Source: Spirochaetia bacterium (GTDB taxonomy: Bacteria > Spirochaetota > Spirochaetia > CADAEX01). From it: a stretch of DNA of 64,000 bases. The stretch spans positions 2,176,001 through 2,240,000 of the forward strand of contig OY759746.1 of NCBI GenBank assembly GCA_963662795.1, written 5' to 3'. Position numbers and translations under genes: made by a program. Under the pieces are notes generated by a model. That model was not told the origin of the DNA. It was given only the letters and a program-made list of their open reading frames with translations, and ran no database searches. Below are positions 17,148 to 27,786 of this stretch, one piece after another; positions within the stretch are counted from its first letter, which is position 1; each line of letters begins with the position of its first letter.

Positions 17148-19300
17148 TTGACTTTTATAAAATTACCGTCCTTGTCCGCGATACAGAGCAGATCAAGGTT
17201 TACAGAGAAAAACCGTTCCAGTTCGTTGCTTCTTTCTTTATCAGCTGTAATATCGATGTTTGTTCCAACCCACCTGTAAGGCTTACCGTTTTTATCCCTC
17301 AGCAGTTCCCCTCTTGTCAGAATCCAGCTCCATTGGCCGTTTTTATGACGGAGTCTGTGGGTTATTTCATATTTCCCTGTTTTTCCTTCAAGATAGTCCT
17401 GTATTGCTTTTTCTATTAAAGGTTTGTCATCTGGATGCCAGAGTTTTTTCCAGTCATTAAATGTACCTGTTGCTTCGGTATCTGTATAGCCAAGCATACT
17501 TTTCCAAAGCGGAGAGAAATAAACGTGATCATTGATCATGTCCCAATCCCACAAACCAGCTCCTGTTCCCTTCATTCCAAGATCAAGTCTTTTTTCCGTT
17601 TCCTTCAGGAGAATTTCATCTCTTTTCCTTGAAGAAATATCTGTATGCGTTCCCATCATTATAAGCGGCTCACCGTCTGAATCCCATTCAACTACCTGTC
17701 CCCTGTCGATTACCCAAACCATGGAACCGTTTTTATGCTTCATTCGTGTTTCAAAATCGTAAAATTCGGTAATACCCCGAAAGTGCTCTTTCAACAGCTT
17801 ATTCGATTTTTTGTAGTCATCAGGATGAGCTAATTTTTTCCAGGTCTCAATTGTAACAGGTTTAAGCTCTTCAAGCGTATACCCTGTGATTTCCGCCCAT
17901 CTTTCATTTACTTTAAGGCTACCTGTTTTAATGTTCCATTCCCATGTCCCTATACGGGTACTGGCTATAATTTTTTCATACCTGAGTTTCTGTTTTTTTA
18001 GTTCTTTTGTCAGTTTTGCCTGGTTAGTGATGTCTGCCATTATAGTCAGAAAGTACTTTTTGCCCTGATTTTCAACCATTTCCCCGAAAAACAGGCCGTT
18101 CAGTTTTTTTCCGTTTTTACATTTAACCTGAAGTTCAATATTTTTAATCCTGCCGGATTTGAGCAATTGTTCCGTAATAGCGGTTTTTTTTTCCGGATCT
18201 GTAAATATTTCAAGCTCATCTGTTCTTTTCCCGATTATCTCATTTTTTTGATAGCCCAGCTTCCGGGCAAAGGCGCTGTTAACTTCCCTGATTATCCCAT
18301 CAGGAAGGCTGCTGATAGCCATGAGGGCCGGATTGTTTTCAAAAATCTTTGTAAATTTCTGCAGCGCCTCCTGCTCTCTGCTTAAGTCCTTTGATATTCC
18401 GAATATACATTCCGCGCCGTCCCATCTGCCGGTCCATATACGCGTTTCCACCGGAATCAGGGATTTATCGGCAGTTTCAAGCTCAAGCGGGCAGTAAGAG
18501 GATTCCCCCGCAAACATTGCCTGCAGGATCCCTGCTGCTTCGTTTTTTTTATTATCAGGGTGCAACTGCAGAATAGTCATCTTTTTAAGTTCTTCCAGGG
18601 AATACCCCAGTTTTCTGATAACAGCGTTATTGGCATGGACAATTTCGCCCTGCATATTGCCAATTATAAAAAGGTCTTCTACCGTATTGAAAAAAGTCTG
18701 CAAATTTGTTTTTGCGGTTTCAAGTTCCATGAGAATAATTTTCCGCTCAAAAGAGGATGACAACAGCCCTGATATTGTTTTTAAAATTTCAATTTCACTG
18801 TTATTCCAATCTGTTTTTTCCCGGCAGCCTGCAAATCCGATGAATCCTTTAATTCTGCTTTTGATGCATACAGGATATATTCCGATCGAACGAACATCCT
18901 CAGCTGTTAATTTTTTTCTGATATTTTCAGGCAATTCACTGCTGATGCAGCCGAATAACTCATCTTTTTCTTTGATCATCTTATGCAGTGAGTTCAAATC
19001 TGACCGGGATAGACAGTGGGTTCTGTTTTCTCCGGTTTCTGAGGAATATTCGTGCATTATAGAGGATTCTTCCTGAAAGAAATTATCGATGAAAAGCCAT
19101 GCCCGTGTTTTATTTAAATACTGAGCTGTATTTCGCAATACTGATCTTATCTGGATTTCAAAGTCTTCCGAGTTAATTAAAGACAACGCTGCTTGTGAAA
19201 TCAGCTCCAGGCTATTCATTTGAACATTATAATATATTATTATAATTTTAGCTTCAAATAATTATTTGTTTTCAATAAGGTATTTAAGGAGGGACCGGAG

Positions 19301-20017
19301 ATGAGGATTCCAATTGAACTTGCCGACAGGATAAGAGAAGAGCTTCTGCTGAATTCTGATGAAAAAACAAAAGAAAGCGGACAGCGCTTTTTTAAGGAGA
19401 ATGTTAAGCTTTACGGCATAAAGACTGCGGTTGTTAAAAAAATTGACAGGAAATATTTTAAGGAGATAAAAGAAAAAAACCGGCTGGATATATATTCAGT
19501 GTGTGAAGAGTTCATGAAGTCAGGATTTATGGAAGAATCATTTATCGCCGCAAATTGGTCTTATTATATCAGGAGCAGGTACGAACAGGAAGATTTTAAT
19601 ATTTTTGAAAGATGGGTGAAGAGTTTTGTTTCCAACTGGGCATCCTGTGATACCTTATGCAATCATACAATAGGCGCTTTTATTGAAATGTATCCTGAGT
19701 ATCTTGATAAATTGAAAGAATGGGCTAAATCCTCGAACCGGTGGGTCAGGCGCGCATCAGCGGTCTCGCTGATAATACCTGCAAAGAAGGGGCTTTTTGC
19801 AGATGATATTTTTTCTATTGCAGATATCCTTCTTGCAGATAAGGATGACCTTGTTCAGAAGGGATACGGCTGGATGCTGAAGTCGGCCTGCAAAAATCAT
19901 GAAAAAGAGGTTTTTGAATACGTAATGAATAATAAGAAGGAAATGCCCAGGACAGCGTTGCGCTATGCGATTGAAAAGATGCCCCCGGAACTGAAGTCAG
20001 CTGTAATGAAAAAATGA
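19301..20017 (+). CDS. DNA alkylation repair protein (AlkD-like)
   Basis: NWASCD, NRWVRRA, DDLVQKGYGWMLK and MPRTALRYAIEK. Confidence 0.88.
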   Translation: MRIPIELADRIREELLLNSDEKTKESGQRFFKENVKLYGIKTAVVKKIDRKYFKEIKEKNRLDIYSVCEEFMKSGFMEESFIAANWSYYIRSRYEQEDFNIFERWVKSFVSNWASCDTLCNHTIGAFIEMYPEYLDKLKEWAKSSNRWVRRASAVSLIIPAKKGLFADDIFSIADILLADKDDLVQKGYGWMLKSACKNHEKEVFEYVMNNKKEMPRTALRYAIEKMPPELKSAVMKK

Positions 20018-20094
20018 TTCATGCTATTATTTTGTGAATTTTATCCGGAGATTTGTATATGACATCTTCCCGTATCAGGTTTAAGGAGATTTGA

Positions 20095-20580
20095 GTGATT
20101 ATACTATATTCCGTTACTGTCTTGCTGGTCATTCTATCAGGAACAGCAAGCATGAAAAAGACAAAGGCAGCCCTTGTTTCTGCCGCGAAAAAACTGCTTA
20201 ACATATTACCGGCTTTTATCCTGATGCTGATTTTTGTATCTTTGAGTCTGGCTCTGCTGCCGGATGAGACAGTACTGAATCTGCTGGATAATAACAGCAC
20301 TGCGGTTTCCGTGCTGCTGGCATCAGTTGTCGGTTCAATAACATTAATGCCGGGATTTATTGTATTTCCATTGTGCGGGATCCTTCTTGAAAAAGGGGTG
20401 ACATATATGGTTATTTCGGCTTTCACAACTACTCTCATGATGGTGGGAATCCTGACTTATCCGATAGAGAAAGCGTATTTCGGTGCAAGGATTGCCATCA
20501 CCAGGAATGTATTCAGTCTTATTATTGCCCTGGCTGTAGCTCTTGCGACCGGCCTCTTTTTCGGGGAGGTTTTTCAGTGA
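20095..20580 (+). CDS. Predicted permease (DUF318/ArsP-like half)
   Basis: Multi-TM; GSITLMPGFIVFPL. Confidence 0.7.
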   Translation: MIILYSVTVLLVILSGTASMKKTKAALVSAAKKLLNILPAFILMLIFVSLSLALLPDETVLNLLDNNSTAVSVLLASVVGSITLMPGFIVFPLCGILLEKGVTYMVISAFTTTLMMVGILTYPIEKAYFGARIAITRNVFSLIIALAVALATGLFFGEVFQ

Positions 20581-21092
20581 AAAAGAGATTTCTGACAGCC
20601 TCCGCAGTAACGTATGCAGTTTTTATATCAATCTCATTTGCCGCCGGTTTCGGTCCGGGTATAAAGGCTGCAGAGAATTTTACAGCTTTTCTGGCTGATA
20701 TGGTCAAGGTTGTTCCATGTGCATTTATCCTGATCGGTTTATTTGAAGTCTGGGTTAAAAAAGAGACAGTTGAAAAACATATGGGTGAGAAATCCCTGAT
20801 TATCCGCTATATCTGGGCAGTACTCCTTGCCGGTACCACAGTAGGAGGGATGTATGTCGCGTTTCCTGTCGCATATGTCCTTTATTCGAAAGGGGCGAAA
20901 CTTAGTGTCATATTTACCTATATAGGAGCTGCAGCTATATGCCGGATTCCCATGATGATTTTTGAAGCATCATTTTTGGGCATTAAATTTACCCTGATAA
21001 GACTTTCTGTTTCACTTCCTCTTGTTATAGCCTCCTCGCTTATCCTTGAGGCTTACCTTAAAAACACTGGGTATTCAATCAAAAAAGTGTAA
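20577..21092 (+). CDS. Predicted permease (DUF318/ArsP-like half)
   Basis: Multi-TM; GGMYVAFPVA and FEASFLG; GTGA overlap with the previous gene. Confidence 0.7.
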   Translation: MKKRFLTASAVTYAVFISISFAAGFGPGIKAAENFTAFLADMVKVVPCAFILIGLFEVWVKKETVEKHMGEKSLIIRYIWAVLLAGTTVGGMYVAFPVAYVLYSKGAKLSVIFTYIGAAAICRIPMMIFEASFLGIKFTLIRLSVSLPLVIASSLILEAYLKNTGYSIKKV

Positions 21093-21117
21093 TGAACTGC
21101 CCGGTTTTGGGAAATGC

Positions 21118-21157
21118 TTGACAGAATCGGTGCTTTTTAATATTAGTAATTTACTAA
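21118..21157 (+). promoter_or_regulatory. -35 box and palindromic operator
   Basis: TTGACA at 21118-21123; TTAGTAA-T-TTACTAA at 21143-21157, with a further half-site nearby. Confidence 0.5.
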
Positions 21158-21219
21158 CACACTAAATTACTAAAACAACTGCATGCCATGACTGTGTCAT
21201 GACCGCAGCAGGAGGGAAA

Positions 21220-21702
21220 ATGAAAATTCCGTCAGATTTAAAACATAAACCGGTTATTGTCTCAGAAGATTATAATCTGGTAGACGGCAGGTATGCCGGT
21301 GATCCAAAGTCGGATGCCAAGGGACTTTCCCTGGGCCTTGCCCAGTGGAACGACAGGGGGAAAGTCGAGATTTCTGCCAAAGTATGGCGGCACACCGGCG
21401 AGAAATGGTCGCGCCAGTCGGAAGAAATGCCCCTGCACAGGGTGCTTGATCTTGCGATTCTGATTGTAAGGAGCAGGCTTTATTTTGCAAACCGCTATCA
21501 TGAGAAAGAGAGCGATAATCCCTCCTTTCCCCTGATTGAAAGGATCGGGCTTCATGGAGGGGCAATGAATGCCTCAGTCTGTCTGGATAACGAAAATATT
21601 GAAGAGGACATGAAACTTTTTGATGACTGTCTTCATCAGGATGATGAAATTATAGGCGAACGCCTTAGAGTGCTTCAGCGCCTTCTGGCAGAGCTTGACT
21701 GA
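21220..21702 (+). CDS. DUF6530-like hypothetical protein
   Basis: MKIP..LKHKPVI...SDAKGLSLGLAQWN...KVWRHTGEKWSRQSEE; GGAGG RBS before ATG 21220. Confidence 0.75.
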   Translation: MKIPSDLKHKPVIVSEDYNLVDGRYAGDPKSDAKGLSLGLAQWNDRGKVEISAKVWRHTGEKWSRQSEEMPLHRVLDLAILIVRSRLYFANRYHEKESDNPSFPLIERIGLHGGAMNASVCLDNENIEEDMKLFDDCLHQDDEIIGERLRVLQRLLAELD

Positions 21703-21751
21703 CCTGCAAAAACCGCTTCATCTGATTAAACTTATGTTGAGGTAAATATAA

Positions 21752-22372
21752 ATGGATGAATGGAACAGAACTTTCAGTAAATACGACTTTCGCCCTCTTG
21801 TTTATGATGACTGGCTTGATAAATTCTCACCGCTTCTTGAAAAGTCGCGCTCTGAAGCGATTATCGATTTAGGCTGCGGTACCGGTAATGACACCTTATA
21901 CCTTAAGAAAAGGGGGTTTAAGGTAATTTCCTGTGACTTTTCCGCTGAAGCTCTGAAGAGGCTTGATCATTTCATCGAAAACCCTGAAAAAAAACTTTTT
22001 GACATGAGGGAGAGATTTCCGTTCCCTGATAATTATGCCCGTATAATAATTTCAGACCTGTCGCTTCATTATTTTTCCAGGGTGGAAACCGGAAGGATAA
22101 TCGGGGAATTGTCACGGGTACTTGAAAACAGGGGGATTCTCATCTGCAGAATAAATTCAACGAACGATATCAATCATGGAGCAGGGCAGGGGGAAAAAAT
22201 TGAGGAAAATTTTTATAACTTTAACGGCAGTTTAAAAAGATTTTTTGACAAAGATGAAATTGAATATTTTTTCAGGGACTGGAACATCGGTTACATTAAT
22301 GAGTGCGTGATGCTAAGATATAAATTGAAAAAAATTGTATGGGAATTTACTGCGGAGAACAACAAGCCATGA
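21752..22372 (+). CDS. Class I SAM-dependent methyltransferase
   Basis: IDLGCGTG motif I. Confidence 0.88.
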   Translation: MDEWNRTFSKYDFRPLVYDDWLDKFSPLLEKSRSEAIIDLGCGTGNDTLYLKKRGFKVISCDFSAEALKRLDHFIENPEKKLFDMRERFPFPDNYARIIISDLSLHYFSRVETGRIIGELSRVLENRGILICRINSTNDINHGAGQGEKIEENFYNFNGSLKRFFDKDEIEYFFRDWNIGYINECVMLRYKLKKIVWEFTAENNKP

Positions 22373-23121
22373 AAATAACAATCCTTTGTGAAAACCAGGC
22401 GGGACACGATAACGCAAAAGTTTGCCTCGCGGAATGGGGTTTTTCAGCTTTTATCAGGGTTAACAGTATGAATATTCTTCTGGATGCAGGTCATACTGAT
22501 GTATACAGGCACAATGCTGAAAGGATAGGGATAGATCTCGAAAAAACAGATTTTATTGTTCTTTCGCATCATCACTGGGACCATATCGGCGGACTTTTAA
22601 ATCATTCTTTTCAGGAAAAGAAAAGGCTGATTTTTCACCCCGATATTCCGGAAAAGCTTGACAGGACAGAAGCTGATACGATTAACAGTGATTATTTAAT
22701 TACAGCATCAGCCCATCCTCTTGAATTTTCCAAAGATATTTACTTTCTTGGACAGATCCCCCGGATCAGCAGTTTTGAAAAAGGGACACACAAGGGTGAT
22801 TCAATGAATGATGACACTGCCCTGGCGGTAAAGACAGACAGGGGGGTCATAGTCATAACAGGCTGTTCCCATTCGGGAATCTGCAATATCTGCGAATATG
22901 CAAAAAAGATTACGGGACAGAATCTATATGCTGTAATCGGAGGTTTTCATCTTTTTAAGGATAACCCTGAAGCGGTTGACGGAACAGTCGCTTATTTTAA
23001 AAAAGAGGGTGTTGATAATCTCTATCCGATGCATTGCATGGATATGCCGACGCTCTGCCGTTTTTATTCGGAATTTGCTGTTAATAAGCTCTGCGCAGGA
23101 GACAGCATTGTACTTGACTGA
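22369..23121 (+). CDS. MBL-fold metallo-hydrolase
   Basis: EWGFS, SHHHWDHIGG, TGCSHSG, GGFH and PMHC. Confidence 0.88.
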   Translation: MKITILCENQAGHDNAKVCLAEWGFSAFIRVNSMNILLDAGHTDVYRHNAERIGIDLEKTDFIVLSHHHWDHIGGLLNHSFQEKKRLIFHPDIPEKLDRTEADTINSDYLITASAHPLEFSKDIYFLGQIPRISSFEKGTHKGDSMNDDTALAVKTDRGVIVITGCSHSGICNICEYAKKITGQNLYAVIGGFHLFKDNPEAVDGTVAYFKKEGVDNLYPMHCMDMPTLCRFYSEFAVNKLCAGDSIVLD

Positions 23122-23173
23122 TTTTTTAAAAGGGTAAATTAATATAGAGACTGCTTACCGGAAAAGGAGATTT

Positions 23174-23515
23174 ATGATGGATAATGAACTTTTCATCCTG
23201 TGGACAAATGACAACATAATTACAACAGAAAAATTTGTTTTTATGTATGCGCAGAATGCGCTGCTTAAAAAATGGTGGGGTTCTGTTACTCTTATTGTCT
23301 GGGGTGCTCCCGCAAAGCTTGTCTCGGATAATAATGCCATTGGGGAAAAAATAAGGGATCTGATTATCCGGGGTGTCAAAGTGTCAGCGTGCAAAGCATG
23401 TGCTGATCAGCTCGGCGTATCTGAAAAACTTACAGAACTTGGTGTTGAAGTAAAATACTGGGGAGAAGACCTGACAAAGCTGATCAGGGAAAAGAAAAAC
23501 TTGATTTCAGTTTAA
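23174..23515 (+). CDS. DsrE family protein
   Basis: MYAQNA...WW...IVWG...ACKACAD. Confidence 0.8.
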   Translation: MMDNELFILWTNDNIITTEKFVFMYAQNALLKKWWGSVTLIVWGAPAKLVSDNNAIGEKIRDLIIRGVKVSACKACADQLGVSEKLTELGVEVKYWGEDLTKLIREKKNLISV

Positions 23516-23554
23516 GATATTCAATAAAAATACTTCATCCGGCGGCAGGGCATT

Positions 23555-24523
23555 ATGATTCAATTAAATGAAATAAGTAAAAATTTCGGGAATAACAGGG
23601 CTGTTGACAGGGTTTCTCTTGATATAAAAAAGGGAGAGATATTCGGGTTATTGGGCCCGAACGGCGCGGGAAAATCAACTACAATCAAGATGCTGGTTAC
23701 AATCCTTAAAAGCAACAGCGGAAGCGCCTTCATAAACGGATATGATGTAGTAAAGGATCAGACCCGCGTAAGGGAATCTGTCGGGATAATATTTCAGGAT
23801 CCAAGCCTTGATGAACGCCTTACTGCCGGGGAGAACCTTTACTTTCACTCTCGCCTTTACCATGTGCCGTCATGCGAGATAAAAAAGCGGACTGATGACG
23901 CGCTTGAACTGGTTGGCCTTACAGGGAAGAGAAACGACCAGGTCCTTACTTTCTCAGGCGGTATGAAGAGGCGGCTTGAGATAGCAAGGGGCATTATTCA
24001 TACGCCGGAAGTTCTTTTTCTTGATGAACCGACAATAGGACTTGACCCCCAGACACGAAAGCATATCTGGAAATATCTTGAAGACTTAAAAAAAAGGGAA
24101 GAAATAACAATTCTCCTTACTACCCACTATATGGAAGAAGCTGAAATCTGCGACAGGATTGCAATAATGGACCACGGCAGGATCATCGCTCTTGATACCC
24201 CCTCCAATCTTAAAAAAAGCATCAAGGAAGACATAGTTACAATTACTACGGTAAATAACGAAGAAACCTCTGGTGTTATTCTCAAAAAACTCGGGCTAAG
24301 GGCTGAGCCGGAAGGGGATGCTCTGCGGATTACAGTTCCGGACGGAATAAAATATCTGCCGATGATTTTCGAAGCTGCAGGAAGACGAATAACAGGCGCC
24401 GATATCAAAAAGCCTACACTTGAGGATGTATTTATAAGTCTTACCGGCAGAACGATCCGGGATGAACTTTCAAACAGCAAAGACAGGCTAAAAAGCGCTG
24501 TCAGGAGGAAAAACAGAAAGTGA
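23555..24523 (+). CDS. ABC-2 exporter ATP-binding protein (DrrA-like)
   Basis: GPNGAGKST, FSGGMKRRLEIARG and LFLDEPT. Confidence 0.93.
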   Translation: MIQLNEISKNFGNNRAVDRVSLDIKKGEIFGLLGPNGAGKSTTIKMLVTILKSNSGSAFINGYDVVKDQTRVRESVGIIFQDPSLDERLTAGENLYFHSRLYHVPSCEIKKRTDDALELVGLTGKRNDQVLTFSGGMKRRLEIARGIIHTPEVLFLDEPTIGLDPQTRKHIWKYLEDLKKREEITILLTTHYMEEAEICDRIAIMDHGRIIALDTPSNLKKSIKEDIVTITTVNNEETSGVILKKLGLRAEPEGDALRITVPDGIKYLPMIFEAAGRRITGADIKKPTLEDVFISLTGRTIRDELSNSKDRLKSAVRRKNRK

Positions 24524-25275
24524 AGGCATTTTTAATCGACAGCCTTGTAATAGCCTCGCGCGATATTTTAAGAAGCACCAGAGAGAAAAGCAGGCTTTTC
24601 AGCTCTATTGTAAGACCTGTTATATGGCTTTTTCTCCTCGGCAGCGGGCTGAGAGGTTCTTTCTCGCAGATGCCCGGGGGCTACACATATACCCAGTACA
24701 TATTTCCGGGGATGCTTGCAATGAATGTTCTCTTTGCTTCGGTACAGTCCGGCACAACAATTATCTGGGACAGGGAATTCGGATTTTTAAAGGAAATACT
24801 GGTTTCGCCTGTATCAAGGTCATCCATCGTATTCGGCAAGACAATAAGCGGCGCTGTCGTCGCGACGATACAGGGGCTTATCGTGCTTGTGCTTTTCCCT
24901 TTTGTCGGACTGCACCTCTCTTTTTTTCAGATAATTATCTGCGCGGCCGCGCTTTTCATGATAGCGCTTTCCATTACATCGCTTGGAATACTTATAGCTT
25001 CAAGAATGACCTCTTTTGAGGGGTTCGGATCAATAAATAATTTTATTGTTATGCCGCTGTTTTTCCTGAGCGGGGCAATGTATCCGGTTGACAAAGCACC
25101 GTACTGGCTTAAACCGTTTATAATGGTAAATCCCCTTTCATACTCGGTTAATCTTTTAAGGGGAATTATACTTGGGACTGAGGGGAATTTTTTTATTGAT
25201 CTTGCAGTTATAGCAGCTTTTCTTCTGACAGTATTTTCAATAGCAACATATATCTTTTATACTGACAGAAGATAA
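24520..25275 (+). CDS. ABC-2 exporter permease
   Basis: WDREFGFLKEILVSP, FLSGAMYP and NPLSY. Confidence 0.92.
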   Translation: MKAFLIDSLVIASRDILRSTREKSRLFSSIVRPVIWLFLLGSGLRGSFSQMPGGYTYTQYIFPGMLAMNVLFASVQSGTTIIWDREFGFLKEILVSPVSRSSIVFGKTISGAVVATIQGLIVLVLFPFVGLHLSFFQIIICAAALFMIALSITSLGILIASRMTSFEGFGSINNFIVMPLFFLSGAMYPVDKAPYWLKPFIMVNPLSYSVNLLRGIILGTEGNFFIDLAVIAAFLLTVFSIATYIFYTDRR

Positions 25276-25305
25276 CTAAACATATAACCGTATCCGCAGG
25301 AGGCT

Positions 25306-26055
25306 GTGATGAAGTACGAAGGTAAGGTTGTAATTGTAACCGGTTCAGGACAGGGAATAGGGCGCGAGATTGCATGCGCTTTCGCATCAGAAGGAGCATC
25401 TGTTGTTATTGCGGAGATAGTACCTGAAAGCGGCATGGAAACAGAAGACATTATAAAAAGCGCAGGCGGAGAGGCTCTTTATATTGAAACAGATGTCAGC
25501 AGCCCTGAAAAAAGTGAAATCCTTATGAGGAAAGCAGCGGAAAAATACGGACGTATCGATATACTTGTAAATAACGCGGGTATTTCAAAAAAAACCCCGA
25601 TCTACTTACTTACGTCAAAAGAGTGGCACAGGATAATTGACACCAACCTTGGAAGCGTGTTTTTTTTCTCACGAGCGGCAGCAGGTTTTATGAAAAATAC
25701 AGGAGGAGGCGTCATCATAAATATCGCATCGACAAGGGCATTCATGTCGGAGAGCGGAAGTGAAGCCTATGCGGCATCGAAAGGGGGGATTATATCAATT
25801 ACCCATGCTCTTGCCGCATCCCTTGCCCCTGAAAAAATCCGGGTAAATTCCATAGCGCCAGGGTGGATTGAGACAGGCGATTACAGTATTCTTACAGGTG
25901 CTGATCATCTCCAGCATTTTTCGGGAAGGGTGGGCCGGCCTGATGATATAGCCAGGGCATGCCTTTTCCTTTCTTCTCCTGAAAATGATTTCATAAATGG
26001 AGCGAACCTTGTAATTGACGGCGGAATGACCAGGAAAATGATTTATGAAGAATGA
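25306..26055 (+). CDS. SDR family oxidoreductase
   Basis: TGSGQGIG, NNAG and YAASK. Confidence 0.93.
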   Translation: MMKYEGKVVIVTGSGQGIGREIACAFASEGASVVIAEIVPESGMETEDIIKSAGGEALYIETDVSSPEKSEILMRKAAEKYGRIDILVNNAGISKKTPIYLLTSKEWHRIIDTNLGSVFFFSRAAAGFMKNTGGGVIINIASTRAFMSESGSEAYAASKGGIISITHALAASLAPEKIRVNSIAPGWIETGDYSILTGADHLQHFSGRVGRPDDIARACLFLSSPENDFINGANLVIDGGMTRKMIYEE

Positions 26056-26106
26056 TATAAGTGTAATTGCAGCAGAGTGTAACTGTGACTCTGATTCGGG
26101 GGTGAT

Positions 26107-26469
26107 ATGATAAGAATGATAAAAAACCCGTCTTTGATAAAAGCTTCGGGGATACTTGAAAAAAAAATAGAAGAGTATTTCGGCAATGTCAACTCAAAAA
26201 GCGGCGATGTAAGCATTGCGCTGATGAACAGCCCGTCCGGCTGGGAAGAACCGTTCCAGAAACCTTCCTTTGACGAGTATACTGTTGTTCTTGACGGAGA
26301 ACTGAGGGTAGAGTGCGGCGGCGCGGTTTATGATGTAAAGGCGGGAGAAGCTGTTCTCGTCGGGAAAAATGAAAGGGTAAGATACAGCACCCCGGCAGAC
26401 GGAGGGGCAAGGTATATAGCTGTGTGTCTTCCTGCATTTTCTCCCGATACGGTACACAGGGAAAATTAA
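26107..26469 (+). CDS. Cupin domain protein
   Basis: GWEEPFQKPSFDEYTVVLDG...RVRYSTP...YIAVCLPAF. Confidence 0.85.
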   Translation: MIRMIKNPSLIKASGILEKKIEEYFGNVNSKSGDVSIALMNSPSGWEEPFQKPSFDEYTVVLDGELRVECGGAVYDVKAGEAVLVGKNERVRYSTPADGGARYIAVCLPAFSPDTVHREN

Positions 26470-26471
26470 TT

Positions 26472-27623
26472 ATGATTCAATACATATATGATCCTCCTCA
26501 AAATACAATGCCATTGATAAAACAGCTGTTTGCTGAATACACAGGCAGTCTGAATCTGGATTTATCATTCCAGGATTTTGAGAAAGAGCTTGAAAATCTT
26601 CCCGGCAAATATGCGCCTCCTGAAGGATCCCTGATTCTTGCAGAGGAAAACGGGATTCCGGCAGGCTGTGTAGCCCTGAGAAAATTCGGAACTGGCGGTG
26701 ATAAATGCGAGATGAAAAGAGTCTATGTCCCTGACGGCTTTAGAAAAAGGGGAATTGGAAAAGAGCTTGTCTGCAGGATAATTGCCCAGGGTTCTGCTAT
26801 GGGATACGGTTCAATGCTTCTGGATACGTTAAGCACAATGGGGAAGGCAAGAGAGCTGTATGAGGCTGCGGGATTTAAAAAAATTGACGCCTATTATCAT
26901 AATCCCCTTGAGGGCGCAATTTTCATGGAACTTGATCTTAAAGAAAAAAAGATTATAAGGGATAATCTGCAAGCCCTTTCTCTCCTGCCGGGGGGGGAGC
27001 GGGAGCCGCTGCCTGAAAATTATATCTTTGATTACGGCGGAGTAATAAGTTTTAATCAGAAAGAAGAAGATCTTATTAAAATGGCAAAAGTATCGGGAGC
27101 TGAGGATTTTAATCTTTTTGAAAAGGCGTACAGGGAAAACAGGCATGATTATGATGCTGGTATTGCTGACGGAAGGCAGTACTGGGATAAGGTATTCTCT
27201 GACTCGGGAGTTTTGTTGCCTGATGAGGAGCTCTGCCGGAAACTTATTGATATGGATATTGCAGGCTGGACTGATATAAACCATGAAACAGTTGATATAA
27301 TCCGCAGCCTTAAAAGCAGGGGCGCTTATCTCGCGCTTCTTTCCAACATGCCCCGTGACATGCTGGTGTTTATCAGGGAGAACAAAAGCGGTGAGTTTTC
27401 ATGGCTTGACTGTTTTGATATTAAACTGTTCTCCTGTGAGGTAAATATCTGTAAACCTGATCCTTCCATATTCGCCCTTTGCCTTGATAAAGGAAGCATA
27501 AATCCCTGCCGGGCAGTTTTTATTGACGACATGAAAGCCAATATCAGCGGGGCAGAAAGATGCGGAATTAAAGGCATCCTGTTTGAAGGTGCCAATTGTC
27601 TTAAAAAGATATTACTCCGGTGA
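26472..27623 (+). CDS. GNAT acetyltransferase fused to HAD-family phosphatase
   Basis: CEMKRVYV..FRKRGIG (GNAT), then FDYGGV, LSN, KPD and FIDD (HAD). Confidence 0.85.
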   Translation: MIQYIYDPPQNTMPLIKQLFAEYTGSLNLDLSFQDFEKELENLPGKYAPPEGSLILAEENGIPAGCVALRKFGTGGDKCEMKRVYVPDGFRKRGIGKELVCRIIAQGSAMGYGSMLLDTLSTMGKARELYEAAGFKKIDAYYHNPLEGAIFMELDLKEKKIIRDNLQALSLLPGGEREPLPENYIFDYGGVISFNQKEEDLIKMAKVSGAEDFNLFEKAYRENRHDYDAGIADGRQYWDKVFSDSGVLLPDEELCRKLIDMDIAGWTDINHETVDIIRSLKSRGAYLALLSNMPRDMLVFIRENKSGEFSWLDCFDIKLFSCEVNICKPDPSIFALCLDKGSINPCRAVFIDDMKANISGAERCGIKGILFEGANCLKKILLR

Positions 27624-27786
27624 AATTTCAATTGAAAAACTGAAAATGGTCCTCCTTGACATTCATTGTACCGGAGGAGTATTCTGAATCGGTTTTGATC
27701 TGATCACATTAACTTTATATAAGAATTTACTCCCGAACCAGGATGGCTGTTTTACGGCAGACTCTGGACTATCGGTTTACATAGGT

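Larger units (their letters stand above)
15092..19219 (-). pseudogene. GAF/multi-PAS diguanylate cyclase (GGDEF) interrupted by IS4
   Basis: Removing the IS and one TSD rejoins ...NFIKVN|KAWTDILGY... in frame (947 aa). C-terminal RDSLTG, DLDHFK and GRYGGEEF. Confidence 0.92.
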
